Below, one piece after another: positions 1-13,100 of a stretch of DNA of 64,000 nucleotides. The position numbers were made by a program, and so were the translations under genes. The notes below the pieces were generated by a model, which worked only from the letters and a program-made list of their open reading frames with translations, did not search any database and was not told the DNA's origin. Numbering within the stretch: the stretch's first letter is position 1; each line of letters opens with the position of its first letter. The stretch comes from Tubulanus polymorphus (taxonomy: Eukaryota; Animalia; Nemertea), in NCBI RefSeq assembly GCF_964204645.1, contig NC_134027.1, positions 27,738,560 through 27,802,559 of the forward strand, in the 5' to 3' direction.

Positions 1-3000
1 AAATGGCGCGAGCTGCCGTGTGAGGTCTCGCTTCAAAATTATTGTTTTATAGTAACTTAAGATTAACTATGTCCATGTTTAGCAATCTATATTATACTCT
101 TTACTATAATAGAGACCATAAAAATTAAAGTTTTCCTTCATTTCATCAGTTTTAATGCAGACCTGTCACCACAGGTCCCGAAGACTCTGCAAAATGGTGC
201 GAGCTGCCGTGTGAGGTCTCGCTTCAAAATTATTGTTTTATAGTAACTTAAGATTACCTATATCCATGGTTAGCAATTTAATATTATATTCATTGCTATA
301 AAGAGACCATAAAAATTAAAGTTTTCCTTCATTTCATCAGTTTTAATGCAGACCTGTCACCACAGGTCCCGAAGACTCTGCAAAATGGTGCGAGCTGCCG
401 TGTGAGGTCTCGCTTCAAAATTATTGTTTTATAGTAACTTACGATTACCTATATCCATGGTTAGCAATTTAATATTATATTCATTGCTATAAAGAGACCA
501 TAAAAATTAAAGTTTTCCTTCATTTCATCAGTTTTAATGCAGACCTGTCACCACAGGTCCCGAGAAGCTCTGCAAAATGGCGCGAGCTGCCGTGTGAGGT
601 CTCGCTTCATAATTATTGTTTTATAGTAACTTAAGATTACCTATATCCATGGTTAGCAATTTAATATTATATTCATTGCTATAAAGAGACCATAAAAATT
701 AAAGTTTTCCTTCATTTCATCAGTTTTAATGCAGACCTGTCACCACAGGTCCCGAGAAGCTCTGCAAAATGGCGCGAGCTGCCGTGTGAGGTCTCGCTTC
801 ATAATTATTGTTTTATAGTAACTTAAGATTAACTATATCCATGTTTAGCAATCTATATTATACTCTTTACTATAATAGAGACCATAAAAATTAAAGTTTT
901 CCTTCATTTCATCAGTTTTAATGCAGACCTGTCACCACAGGTCCCGAAGGCTCTGCAAAAAGGCGCGAGCTGCCGTGTGAGGTCTCGCTTCATAATTATT
1001 GTTTTATAGTAACTTAAGATTAACTATATCCATGTTTAGCAATCTATATTATACTCTTTACTATAATAGAGACCATAAAAATTAAAGTTTTCCTTCATTT
1101 CATCAGTTTTAACGCAGACCTGTCACCACAGGTCCCGAGAAGCTCTGCAAAATGGCGCGAGCTGCCGTGTGAGGTCTCGCTGCATAATTATTGTTTTATA
1201 GTAACTTAAGATTAATTCTATCCATGGTTACCAATTTATGTTATACTCTTTACTATAAAGAGACCATAAAAATTAAAGTTTTCCTTCATTTCATCAGTTT
1301 TAATGCAGACCTGTCACCACAGGTCCCGAAGGCTCTGCAAAATGGCGCGAGCTGCCGTGTGAGGTCTCGCTTCATAATTATTGTTTTATAGTAACTTAAG
1401 ATTAACTATATCCATGTTTAGCAATCTATATTATACTCTTTACTATAATAGAGACCATAAAAATTAAAGTTTTCCTTCATTTCATCAGTTTTAACGCAGA
1501 CCTGTCACCACAGGTCCCGAGAAGCTCTGCAAAATGGCGCGAGCTGCCGTGTGAGGTCTCGCTGCATAATTATTGTTTTATAGTAACTTAAGATTAATTC
1601 TATCCATGGTTACCAATTTATGTTATACTCTTTACTATAAAGAGACCATAAAAATTAAAGTTTTCCTTCATTTCATCAGTTTTAATGCAGACCTGTCACC
1701 ACAGGTCCCGAAGGCTCTGCAAAATGGCGCGAGCTGCCGTGTGAGGTCTCGCTTCAAAATTATTGTTTTATAGTAACTTAAGATTAACTATGTCCATGTT
1801 TAGCAATCTATATTATACTCTTTACTATAATAGAGACCATAAAAATTAAAGTTTTCCTTCATTTCATCAGTTTTAATGCAGACCTGTCACCACAGGTCCC
1901 GAAGACTCTGCAAAATGGTGCGAGCTGCCGTGTGAGGTCTCGCTTCAAAATTATTGTTTTATAGTAACTTAAGATTACCTATATCCATGGTTAGCAATTT
2001 AATATTATATTCATTGCTATAAAGAGACCATAAAAATTAAAGTTTTCCTTCATTTCATCAGTTTTAATGCAGACCTGTCACCACAGGTCCCGAAGACTCT
2101 GCAAAATGGTGCGAGCTGCCGTGTGAGGTCTCGCTTCAAAATTATTGTTTTATAGTAACTTACGATTACCTATATCCATGGTTAGCAATTTAATATTATA
2201 TTCATTGCTATAAAGAGACCATAAAAATTAAAGTTTTCCTTCATTTCATCAGTTTTAATGCAGACCTGTCACCACAGGTCCCGAGAAGCTCTGCAAAATG
2301 GCGCGAGCTGCCGTGTGAGGTCTCGCTTCATAATTATTGTTTTATAGTAACTTAAGATTACCTATATCCATGGTTAGCAATTTATATTATATTCATTACT
2401 ATAAAGATACCATAAAAAGTGAAGTTTTTTACATTTCATCAGTTTTAATGCAGACCTGTCACCACAGGTCCCGAAGGCTCTGCAAAATGGCGCGAGCTGC
2501 CGTGTGAGGTCTCGCTTCAAAATTATTGTTTTATAGTAACTTAAGATTACCTATATCCATGGTTAGCAATTTATATTATATTCATTACTATAAAGATACC
2601 ATAAAAAGTGAAGTTTTTACATTTCATCAGTTTTAATGCAGACCTGTCACCACAGGTCCCGAAGGCTCTGCAAAATGGCGCGAGCTGCCGTGTGAGGTCT
2701 CGCTTCAAAATTATTGTTTTATAGTAACTTAAGATTAACTATGTCCATGTTTAGCAATCTATATTATACTCTTTACTATAATAGAGACCATAAAAATTAA
2801 AGTTTTCCTTCATTTCATCAGTTTTAATGCAGACCTGTCACCACAGGTCCCGAAGACTCTGCAAAATGGTGCGAGCTGCCGTGTGAGGTCTCGCTTCAAA
2901 ATTATTGTTTTATAGTAACTTAAGATTACCTATATCCATGGTTAGCAATTTAATATTATATTCATTGCTATAAAGAGACCATAAAAATTAAAGTTTTCCT

Positions 3001-3465
3001 TCATTTCATCAGTTTTAATGCAGACCTGTCACCACAGGTCCCGAGAAGCTCTGCAAAATGGCGCGAGCTGCCGTGTGAGGTCTCGCTTCATAATTATTGT
3101 TTTATAGTAACTTAAGATTACCTATATCCATGGTTAGCAATTTATATTATATTCATTACTATAAAGATACCATAAAAAGTGAAGTTTTTTACATTTCATC
3201 AGTTTTAATGCAGACCTGTCACCACAGGTCCCGAAGGCTCTGCAAAATGGCGCGAGCTGCCGTGTGAGGTCTCGCTTCAAAATTATTGTTTTATAGTAAC
3301 TTAAGATTACCTATATCCATGGTTAGCAATTTAATATTATATTCATTGCTATAAAGAGACCATAAAAATTAAAGTTTTCCTTCATTTCATCAGTTTTAAT
3401 GCAGACCTGTCACCACAGGTCCCGAAGCTCTGCAAAATAGCGCGCGTTGCCGTGTGAGGCCTCAC
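1..3465. repeat. Tandem array of ~191-bp units (~18 copies, truncated by the window edge); AT-rich half plus GC-rich hairpin-forming half
   Basis: GCAGACCTGTCACCACAGGTCCCGA...CTCTGCAAAATGGYGCGAGCTGCCGTGTGAGGTCTCGC recurs every ~191 bp. The near-identical ORFs at 1191 and 1573 are 382 bp apart (two units). The last copy degenerates near 3440-3465. Confidence 0.97.
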
Positions 3466-3990
3466 TAATTAATCAGTGTTATGTCTAATTTATGTCAACT
3501 TATAAGCTTGGACTGAAATGTTTTTGAATTGTATGTACACTTGGTTAATTAATTATATTGCGAGTAATTAATAATAATATATAATAATATAGGGCCTAAT
3601 CTTAATGAGTGTTATTAATACTGATTATGATTACAAGGCACTACTGGTATCATTTTGCCTGATCTTGATATTTTTATGTTTCGTGTTACAAAAAAATAAA
3701 TTAATTGTAAACAATTCGTTCAATGTTCTCCAATAATTCACAATCATTCCATCTTTATTATTATAAGGCGATATAGTTCAACAACTTTTTATAAACGGAC
3801 AAACATAAATTCTTAAATGAATTTATAACACATCATAGTTTGTTTTTTGTTTTTGAATAACATATTCAGAAAGCACTACGATATGTTCTTTGTGTTCTTA
3901 TCGGCTATCATTTGTTCTAAATCCGCGCCTATCATATCTTCTAATCGACTATCATCGGTTCAGTCATAACGATTTTCATTTTAGCGAATC

Positions 3991-4063
3991 GACCTGTCAC
4001 CTGAGGTCCCACCTGTCATGTCAGGTCTTGGGCCCTGACATGACAGGTTCTGGAAACTCTGCA
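3991..4063. repeat. Diverged solo copy of the array core carrying a perfect 15-bp inverted repeat
   Basis: GACCTGTCACCTGAGGTCCC...ACTCTGCA resembles the array core. ACCTGTCATGTCAGG (4011-4025) and CCTGACATGACAGGT (4034-4048) are exact reverse complements. Confidence 0.7.
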
Positions 4064-6287
4064 GACAGACCTAAATGGATTAATCCTGAAATAAGAGCGC
4101 GGGCGTCAAGTGGAGTGTTTTCCCAAAATTCGGACGACAAACTAACTACTAGCGAACCTGGTGGATCCTCGCCTGCCATACGTGGAATCCTCAACTGCCA
4201 TGAAAGAACTTGTTCGTCGACATTTCTTAAAGCAGTTTTATTTTTAGTTTTTCGCATAGAATTCAGCAGAGAAACCTGCCGCTAGATGGCAGCGCAACGT
4301 TAGTTTGTTTTTATGCTGCGTTTTGTGGTGTTGCTATTCAAAATATTTGGTTTTTTGCATTTGAAAGTAGCGGGTGCTTATCCGGAGGTCACGTGGTCTA
4401 ACTATAAGCTCATTTTCCAACTATAACTACCCAAATGATTTATATTTCTGATTTAGACTTGAAATATTTCATTGCCAGCTGTTAGCTGATGCTATTTATG
4501 GGTTATCAAATAAATAGATCACCGACAATAATTTATTAGCTCATTTCCAAAAGACGTCACTTTTAGTGAGAAAAATTATCACCAAAATTTTCCAAGGGTC
4601 ATACCCTACAAACGTTTCAATTATCATAAAGCTCTATCTCTTACAGTTTTCACTCTACGGAGCTCCAAAAATTCTACTGATTTTCCTACTTTTTAGGTAA
4701 CAATGATGGGCACTCTGAGGGGTTTTCTCTAATTACACATGGCCACTGAAAGAATTGATGATGATTTCGACTACATTTTCTCTTTAATAAAAATCACAAT
4801 TCAACAACTAATTCACCATGACAAAATTAGTTCTCTTTAACAATAAATTCACCACGATCCCCAATAATAAATACCGGTAATAATAATTATCATTACTAAC
4901 TATTGTTATTATTATAACAAAATTAATCCAATTGCATTTGAAATTTTTACTAAAATTATTTCATACTTTTCCTGATAAGCGCTAAGGGCGCTAAGATAAG
5001 TCAATAAGGGTTCCCTCGCGGCAGTATAGATGGCGCTGTCAATGAATATTGAATTTCCACCTCAAAAGCCACCACAAAAACAATATACAAAACATTTTGT
5101 TCAAATCAAATGCATTTTTATTGACGACAAATGATAACCAGCAGCTAAACATGGACGGATTGATTGACAAGTGGGCGGAGTCTCAGTGTAGTTCGGTCAC
5201 TGGTCTCAAGTCTCGATATCATACGAAAAAAAAATCTAAATCCTGAATTTGAAGTTGATCGACAATATGCGATTTATTCATTCTTATTTTCACCGAAAAT
5301 TAAATCATGATGATAGGCCGTACTGTGCGTTATATTGGCCGTAATGTGCGTCATATTGGCCTGTTTTTGAATTGAACTACATAAAATCGAAACAAAATTA
5401 CATCGATGAAGTTACAAACTGAACACTGAATTTGAGGAGTGATAAACGTAGTTAAAATGTAGTAGACCAGCTGAGCAGTAATAACCACTGAATACAATAA
5501 CCTACTAACAATCACTAGAAACATAAATCAGCATATATTACCATAAATCAGCATATATTAATCAGCATAAACAGTACAATATTCAATATTAATCTAATCT
5601 ATATTAATACATCTATCTGCTTACAGTGTCTTACACTACATACAGCATATGTTTATATGGCACTGATAAAATGAAGATTTACAGATATAAACCTCGCTAC
5701 ACCTCGGATAAGTTGGTCAAAATTTGGTGAAATCTCTGTTTAAGGAGTTGAAGTTAAAAAATGATTTTGTATTTAGAATTCAGCCAAAAGTCCAAGTTGA
5801 CCACGTCAGAGTGAAGCTGTCAGGTTTAACTGTATCGTTAATTACAGGTTTTAAAGAATTTAGAACGGAAAATGTTTAATTGAAATGATCAACAACTCGC
5901 AACTCAAAATCTATATTAGCGATTACAGGATTCACGTCTCCCTAGGATTCCATCTGAACCCAACAAGTTTTTAAAGTTACTTATTGGATTTTTTCACTTT
6001 GTTTCTCTATAAAATTCATCTTTTTCTGTGAAAACTACGTAATTCATCTTCGAAAAAATAAAATCTTTCCAGTAGTGAAACCACTTCACAGCGAGAGGCG
6101 AATATATCCGCCTAGTTCCGGTCTATCACAGACATCGCTTGACGGACAACAGTAGAAAAATATATAGATTCAATCAGTTCCACTAAACATCGACAGGTGG
6201 CGTGCAGTTTCATTTAGTTTCATCTCATGTCGAAAGGTGGCGTGTTTCGTGTTGGTCTCATTAGGGAACATCTAAAAACAAAAATAT

Positions 6288-6472
6288 TATGTTTCAATGT
6301 TTCAATGTTACGATGTTTCAATGTTACAATGTTTCAATGTTACAATGTTTCAATGTTACAATGTTACAATGTTTCAATGTTACAATGTTTCAATGTTACA
6401 AAGTTTCAATGTTACAATGTTTCAATGTTACAATGTTTCAATGTTACAATGTTTCAATGTTACAATGTTTCA
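6288..6472. repeat. Minisatellite of alternating 8-mers (ATGTTTCA/ATGTTACA)
   Basis: Direct reading; explains the spurious repetitive ORFs at 6227-6514. Confidence 0.95.
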
Positions 6473-7190
6473 AAATTTCGATATTTTTCACTGATTAAAT
6501 TCAACGCCGTTTAAAACACCACAGAAAGATAAGAATTAAAAAAAAGAGTTTGAAGTTTTCGCAGGAAAGAGAGTTAAAACCATGCTTTCAATAATTGAGA
6601 ATTTATGAATATGATAAAAAAATTTAATTTATTGGATATTTTAAATACATATTTATTAGAGCAAAGTTAACAGAGAGAAATGATATAAAGTTTATATATC
6701 TTAAATCTAGAAATTGTAACTAAAGTTTTCGGACTTTTTATATATTAAGAATTTCATGCAAACTAAATGAATATAATAATGTAATACATGAAAGGGAACA
6801 TTGTATTACAATGTATTTATTACTTACAATGAGTTTCTTGTGGGACATTGGGTAACACTAAAATGAGATGGGTTACACTAAAACTAGGGTATAAAATGTT
6901 TGGTTTGGAAGAAACGTTTAGAAAGAAATAACGCCGACAACGGGTATAGGAAAAATAATGATTTCATTTTCATGTTTGAAAATATTTAAACGATTATTAA
7001 ATGACGGGGTTGATTACTTACTGTTTTAAACTGCTGTTAATAGTGATCGAGTGATTTAGAGAAGTAATGAGACAGAGAAAGAAAGTAAGAGAAAGAGAGT
7101 AAGAGGGAGTGGTTCATGTTAGTAAGAGGAAACTAGTTACCTAACAATCATCTATATATATATATATATATTAGAGTTTATATTCATATT

Positions 7191-10100
7191 CTAGTTTTTT
7201 TCTCTCAATAATTCACGAGTTTTAGATATAGAAAATCTTACTGGAAATTTACACAGATACAGAGAAAGAGAAACCACAATATTTCGGCTGTTGTCACCGG
7301 GGTCAAGGTTAACCATCACGTGAATACCACGATAACGATGTAGTTGTAACTGTAACTGTCAGTTCTATCCACTGGTTAACTTTGAACCAACTTTAAAACA
7401 ACCGCAGCGCCCCCTAATGATGGAATTCAACAGCCGAAATGTTATAATCACTGTTTTATGAACTTACAGAATCTCAATAAATGCAAAAATCAAACATTAG
7501 AAATGTTTCGTATATTTTTCTAGTATTTGATTTTTCATTTATGACATTGCTACAGTCAAACACATGTTGGGAAATTGAGAGGTATAGCGAGAGGTATACT
7601 CAATACTTACAGACTGGTGGAGGTGTAAGAGGAGTATTCGGTTTAGATCGAGGCGTTACAGGGCGACTTCTAGGTTGAGGTTTCACTGGAACATAATCAG
7701 TGCTGGTTCCCGCAGTTTGTGAGTCTTGTAGCACGCATAGCGGCTGAAATACATCACAAATACATCAAAAATACATCAAAAATTAATACACGTCAATCAA
7801 GTACAAGTGTCTCTGCACAGTATGTAAAATCGAATCGAGTCGGAACCGGCGCATTTGTACTTATAAACATTTACGTAACAAATGATACAAATTTACTCGC
7901 AGAATATTCATAAAGTGTCTAATAATCTCAATTAAAGCGTTAAATGTTTCATTGAGTCATTTCTTTTCATTTCTAGTGCGCCTTATCTGATCGGAGTGTT
8001 TCATGTCTGGAATACTCACTAGTTTTTCAGTACTCGCCGATAGATTCGTTGAATCCGGTGATTCACTGCGTAATGAATTCAGTTTTCTGTGGCGACGACA
8101 TCGGAACATTTGAATTAAAGCAGCTCTTAATTCAACACTTCCCAAACAGTAGAATATAAATATATAAACACCCTACAAAATAATATACACACATCAACTA
8201 TACACGTCTCTGATCTGAAGACTGCATCCGAACCCCCTCACACTGGACCCTTCTCAGACTGGCCCCCTCTCAGACTGGACCCTTCTAAGACTGGACCCTT
8301 CTCAGACCGGACCCCTCTCAGACCGGACCCCTCTCAGCCTGAAACCTTTCTCAGACTAGACCCTTCTCAGACTGGACCCTTCTCAGACTGGACCCCTCTC
8401 AGCCTGAAACCTTTCTCAGACTAGACCCCTTAAAACCTGCACCTCTCTTAGCCTGAACCCCCTTCAGCCCAGACCATGCACTCCATCAGGCTGGACCCTA
8501 CGGATCCAGGCAATTCATCAGGTCCGGGAGATGTATCATTATATAATTCATTTATTCATTATTTTACTAATTATCTCTAAAACTGTTATAAATTAGTTTT
8601 ACTCCGTGAACTGAACCCGTTTTATATTTACCTGTAGCGTGTTGAAAATGACAAAGAAATATTGCACAGTAATCGCCGAGTCGAACACGGAGAACAGACC
8701 GAGTAACCACGATATTCCTAACACTGGTAACAACAATACTCCGTTACACGTCGCCTTTCTATAATATGAAACACGCATTTAGAAAATATCGCCGACAACA
8801 AAAACCCGAAGGTCCCAGTTACGAGTAAGGTTTGAGTGTATTTATGAGAGAACGGGGTAAGATGATTAGTACCTGAGGTCTACTATCAGATCTTCTCGTT
8901 TAATCGCTGGTGTTGAGATATTACACATAACTATCAATAACACACACATATTGAGCTGAATAGAAACAAAAAATAATAATCAATATTTACAAATTATCCA
9001 CCTGTTTTTATTTGTTATCTCAATAAAAAGTTGTTAAGTGATTTTACCACAATGAACATCAGTATCGGACCGATGAACGCGTAGATGTAATTTCCTTGTG
9101 TTGAAAGCCAGCATCTAATAGGAGAACCATACGCCTCAACATTAACTCCAGCTGTAGCGCAAACTATTATCAACGGTATACCTACAAATATATCATCTCA
9201 TTTCTAAGTAAAGTTGATTGTCACTTTTATTCTAGGACGAAAAAAATTATGTGGCATTATTCCACCTAGGATTAGTAACTCAATCGGACTGTCCTGCCAG
9301 TTGTCATGTGGCCTAAGGTCAGAAGTGGCTGGTCATCCGACTGTCCGCCTAGGGTTAGAGTAACGGGTAACTGTCGCGTCAGTCACCCGGGATTAGTAGC
9401 CTCAGGTCGTGCCTAGGGTTAGGGTAACGGGTAACTGTCGCGTCAGTCACCCGGGATTAGTAGCCTTAGGTCGTGCCTAGGGTTAGAGTTACGGGTAACT
9501 GTCGCGTCAGTCACCCGGGATTAGTAGCCTCAGGTCGTGCCTAGGGTTAGAGTTACGGGTAACTGTCGCGTCAGTCACCCGCGATTAGTAGCCTCAGGTC
9601 GTGCCTAGGGTTAGAGTTACGGGTAACTGTCGTGTCAGTCACCTGGGATTAGTAGCCTCAGGTCGTGCCTAGGGTTAGAGTTACGGGTAACTGTCGCGTC
9701 AGTCACCCGCGATTAGTAGCCTTAGGTCGTGCCTAGGGTTAGAGTTACGGGTAACTGTCGCGTCAGTCACCTGGGATTAGTAGCCTTAGGTCGTGCCTAG
9801 GGTTAGAGTTACGGGTAACTGTCGCGTCAGTCACCCGGGATTAGTAGCCTCAGGTCGTGCCTAGGGTTAGAGTTACGGGTAACTATCGCGTCAGTCACCT
9901 GACCTAGGGATAGGGCTGTGATTGGCTATGACGTCAACCATGTAAACATTGATGATATCAGCAGTTTTCGAAGTATCGTTTCTTGTAATAACGAAATCTT
10001 ACCCCAAGCAAACGGAATATAGCACTTGATTCGTCCTTTAGTGACACCTGACGTGACGGCGTAGAATATATACAATCCTTCAATCCATAACCAAGCGAAT

Positions 10101-13100
10101 GTCGCCACATAGAAATAGTGAATCAGCATCGATACTGCTTTACAGAAATTCTATAATAAATCATATTAATTGTAAATTTATACACATGTCTATATAGTTG
10201 CCAAACTGCGGGATTAACTGGTATTCATCCATCTCTCACAATGTGCTGATCGATTTTAAAGGCCTACCTTATTCACTAAAGCAGAATCGCTCAATAAGAA
10301 GAAGAAATGAGCAAAAATCATAGCAATCACTAAATTCAGATGGATGAAATTTCTCTCACAATACAGGTGTCTGAAAATACACAAAATACAGAAAATACAG
10401 GTGTCTGAAAATACACAAAATACACAAAATACAGGTGTCTGAAAATACACAAAATACAGGTGTCTGAAAATACACAAAATACAAGTGTATAAAAAACCTA
10501 CGAATTCCCATAAGAATAAGCATCGATTCATCTTGCGTATCAATAGATGATCTTGTTGATTTTAAGTACTATGCATGATTAGCTGCAAGACATGGACCCC
10601 TGCTCCATGTATCCCTGCCTCTTGGACCCCTGTCTCCTAGATCCCTGCCCCATGGACCCCTGCCTCCTGGACCCCTGTCCCATGGACCCCCCCCCCCCTT
10701 GACTCTTTGCCTCCTGGACCCCTGCCCCGTGGATCCCTGCCTCCTGGACCCCTGTCCAATGGACCCCTGCCCCATGGACTCTGGTTGTGTAAGACAATTC
10801 AATACTTACCGATTAGAAACGAGTACAGTGAAGAATAACGATAAACACAACAATGAAACGATTAAACCGATATAGGTCAGAATTCTGAGGACTGTTTCAT
10901 GAACGCTTGGAGTCTATAAAATAAAACATCAACATTTCATCCATTAAATTCCAGCTCAGTGGTTAATGAAGACGTGTATTATAGACTTACATGAACAGGA
11001 ATCGGTTGCATCAAAATGGCGAAATTAGTCAAATGATTACATTCACAAGTTGTATGTGTTTTATCAGTAGAGATTACTCTACATCCATCACCGCCCCATT
11101 CTATATGTCCGTTCCTACACAAATATATATATATACAACATGATGACCACTACTACACAAAACATTATTATCAACGATATAACCGAGTAGAACAGTTTCA
11201 TTCACTTTTTGGGACCAGAAAGAATAGTTATATTCCTTATTACTACAGTTTGTCGCATCCAGAATGAACGAAATTTTCCTATTTAACAAAAAACTAAATT
11301 TCTAATAACCGTTAATCTTATTTGGCTCGAAATTCTAGGTTTGTAATAATCGATAAATCGTTATAACCGAGGTTCCGCTGTATCAATGTAGATTGTAAAA
11401 GGCACAGATTGATGATGTCAAGTTGAACTTACTTTGAAACGCGTTTGACGAATGCGCAATAAACATTCAGTTTAGTTTTACCGCTGTTAACCTGTTGATG
11501 CGCTAGTTTGAATTTAACGACTCCTCCGTTATTAAATCCAGTAGTACGAGATGGATAAACACTGGCTGTGATTATATTACTGTTTACTATTACTACACTA
11601 TCATTTATTGTGTGAGAACTGTGAAAATAGAAATCAATATCATTAGTAAAATCAGGCCTAATTCTGAGTATCAATCTTAGAACTTTCACCACTACGTGTG
11701 AAGTGTGGACGATCAGTTTGTGAAAGTGTGCTGATAAAATGTGTAATCTCTGGTGTTTGTAGTTCATTTTCAATTAGAAAAGTCTCAGGCGAAATACTGG
11801 ACACATGTTGACGATAGCACAAATTGGAGTAATGAATATCTGTTGGGTTGCAGCAAATTGATACCTTTATAAACGCTATACTTACTTTGGTTCAACTGAA
11901 GATGGATAAAAATGTCCGATATTGTTGTATAAACACATAACTAAATTCGCTTTTATTCCTGAAAATAACATGAAAAACGTGTTAAATAATTTCGTATAGT
12001 TCGTATACAAATCGAAGTCGAGAATTAAAACCTACCAGAAACAATGTGATCCATTAAAATGTCATTAGGCGGTAGTTCTATAAAATCACTGTAATCTGGA
12101 CGCCATTTTGTAAGAGTTGTTTTAACTGCTGTATCAGTGTAACTAGGGAAACTTATTGTTTCATTTTGACAATCTGTAACCACTAATTTACCAACAGTCA
12201 TTACTAAAAATAGAAAATAGTTCCTGAAGGTTAGAGCTAGGTCTTCAGTTTAATCTGGCAAGAATTGCTTATCTGAAAGTTAGGCGAGATGTAAGTTAGG
12301 CGAGATGTAGTACTTACTGGCATTATTGGAGTTGAAATTCTTGGTGTAACAATTCGGAATATTTCCCTCAGTAAACTTGTCAACTAATGAACTGACGAAT
12401 GTCTCTGTATTGTCTGGTATTGAGCTGATATTAGACTGCAATCAATCAAAATTTATGAATTAGAAATTAATGATAAAAATAACTTATTCTGCCTAAAATC
12501 CATAAACAATAAGTTCAATGGCTTTACAGCAGATAAAAAACTGAAATTAGTTTGATGAACAATGGGGTGTAAAGATTTCATTTGAAAATATCGATTGATT
12601 GACTATATTTGACGGGACAAGCTAAAGTATACCAGAGTACTAGGATAGAGTATGAGAAGGCTTTATTCTGGGCTGAGAATATATTAACGCGTGGAATTAT
12701 ATTAAAACCGTTATGATTCGAATCTGGTAGGAATTCGGTTAAATCTGAATTTGAATTTGAAATTTCAGTCAATATGTAACTGTTTATAAGTCTCACCTTA
12801 TCTACATTTCCCAGATCGTTAGTCGGGTTCAGAATGTCACTTACTGTTGTGAGATATTTCTAAAAACAAAAATGATTAGGATATAGTGAAAACATTGAAT
12901 AAACTACACACACTAGCTCAACGAAACATTTCCGGCTTTATTTTGATTTCATCATTATGTGATTCTCATTACGGATAAAGTGTCTTATTAATCGTGATCC
13001 ATATTTTGTTTGTATGAAATAAAAACGTTTCTGGAATAAAACTCGATAATTCTACCTGAATTTGATCATCGAACACCGTGTTATTAACAGCAGCAGGCGG

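Noticed and set aside
110-160. Hammerhead-like CTGATGA...GAAA on the minus strand of the array unit
   Set aside because: No stem II and no pairing stem I.
150-210. Twister ribozyme resemblance in the 191-bp unit (UAA-UGCA...CAGG-UCCCGAAG.C-UCUG...UGCGAG)
   Set aside because: Both pseudoknot pairings and P1 fail, and the would-be L4 loop is the most variable part of the array.
1191-1773. Duplicated 66-aa ORFs
   Set aside because: Chance open frames of the satellite with TTG starts.
1-3465. CRISPR, 5S rRNA or snRNA array interpretation
   Set aside because: No unique spacers, no cas genes, eukaryotic context, and no recognisable 5S, snRNA or SL RNA motifs.
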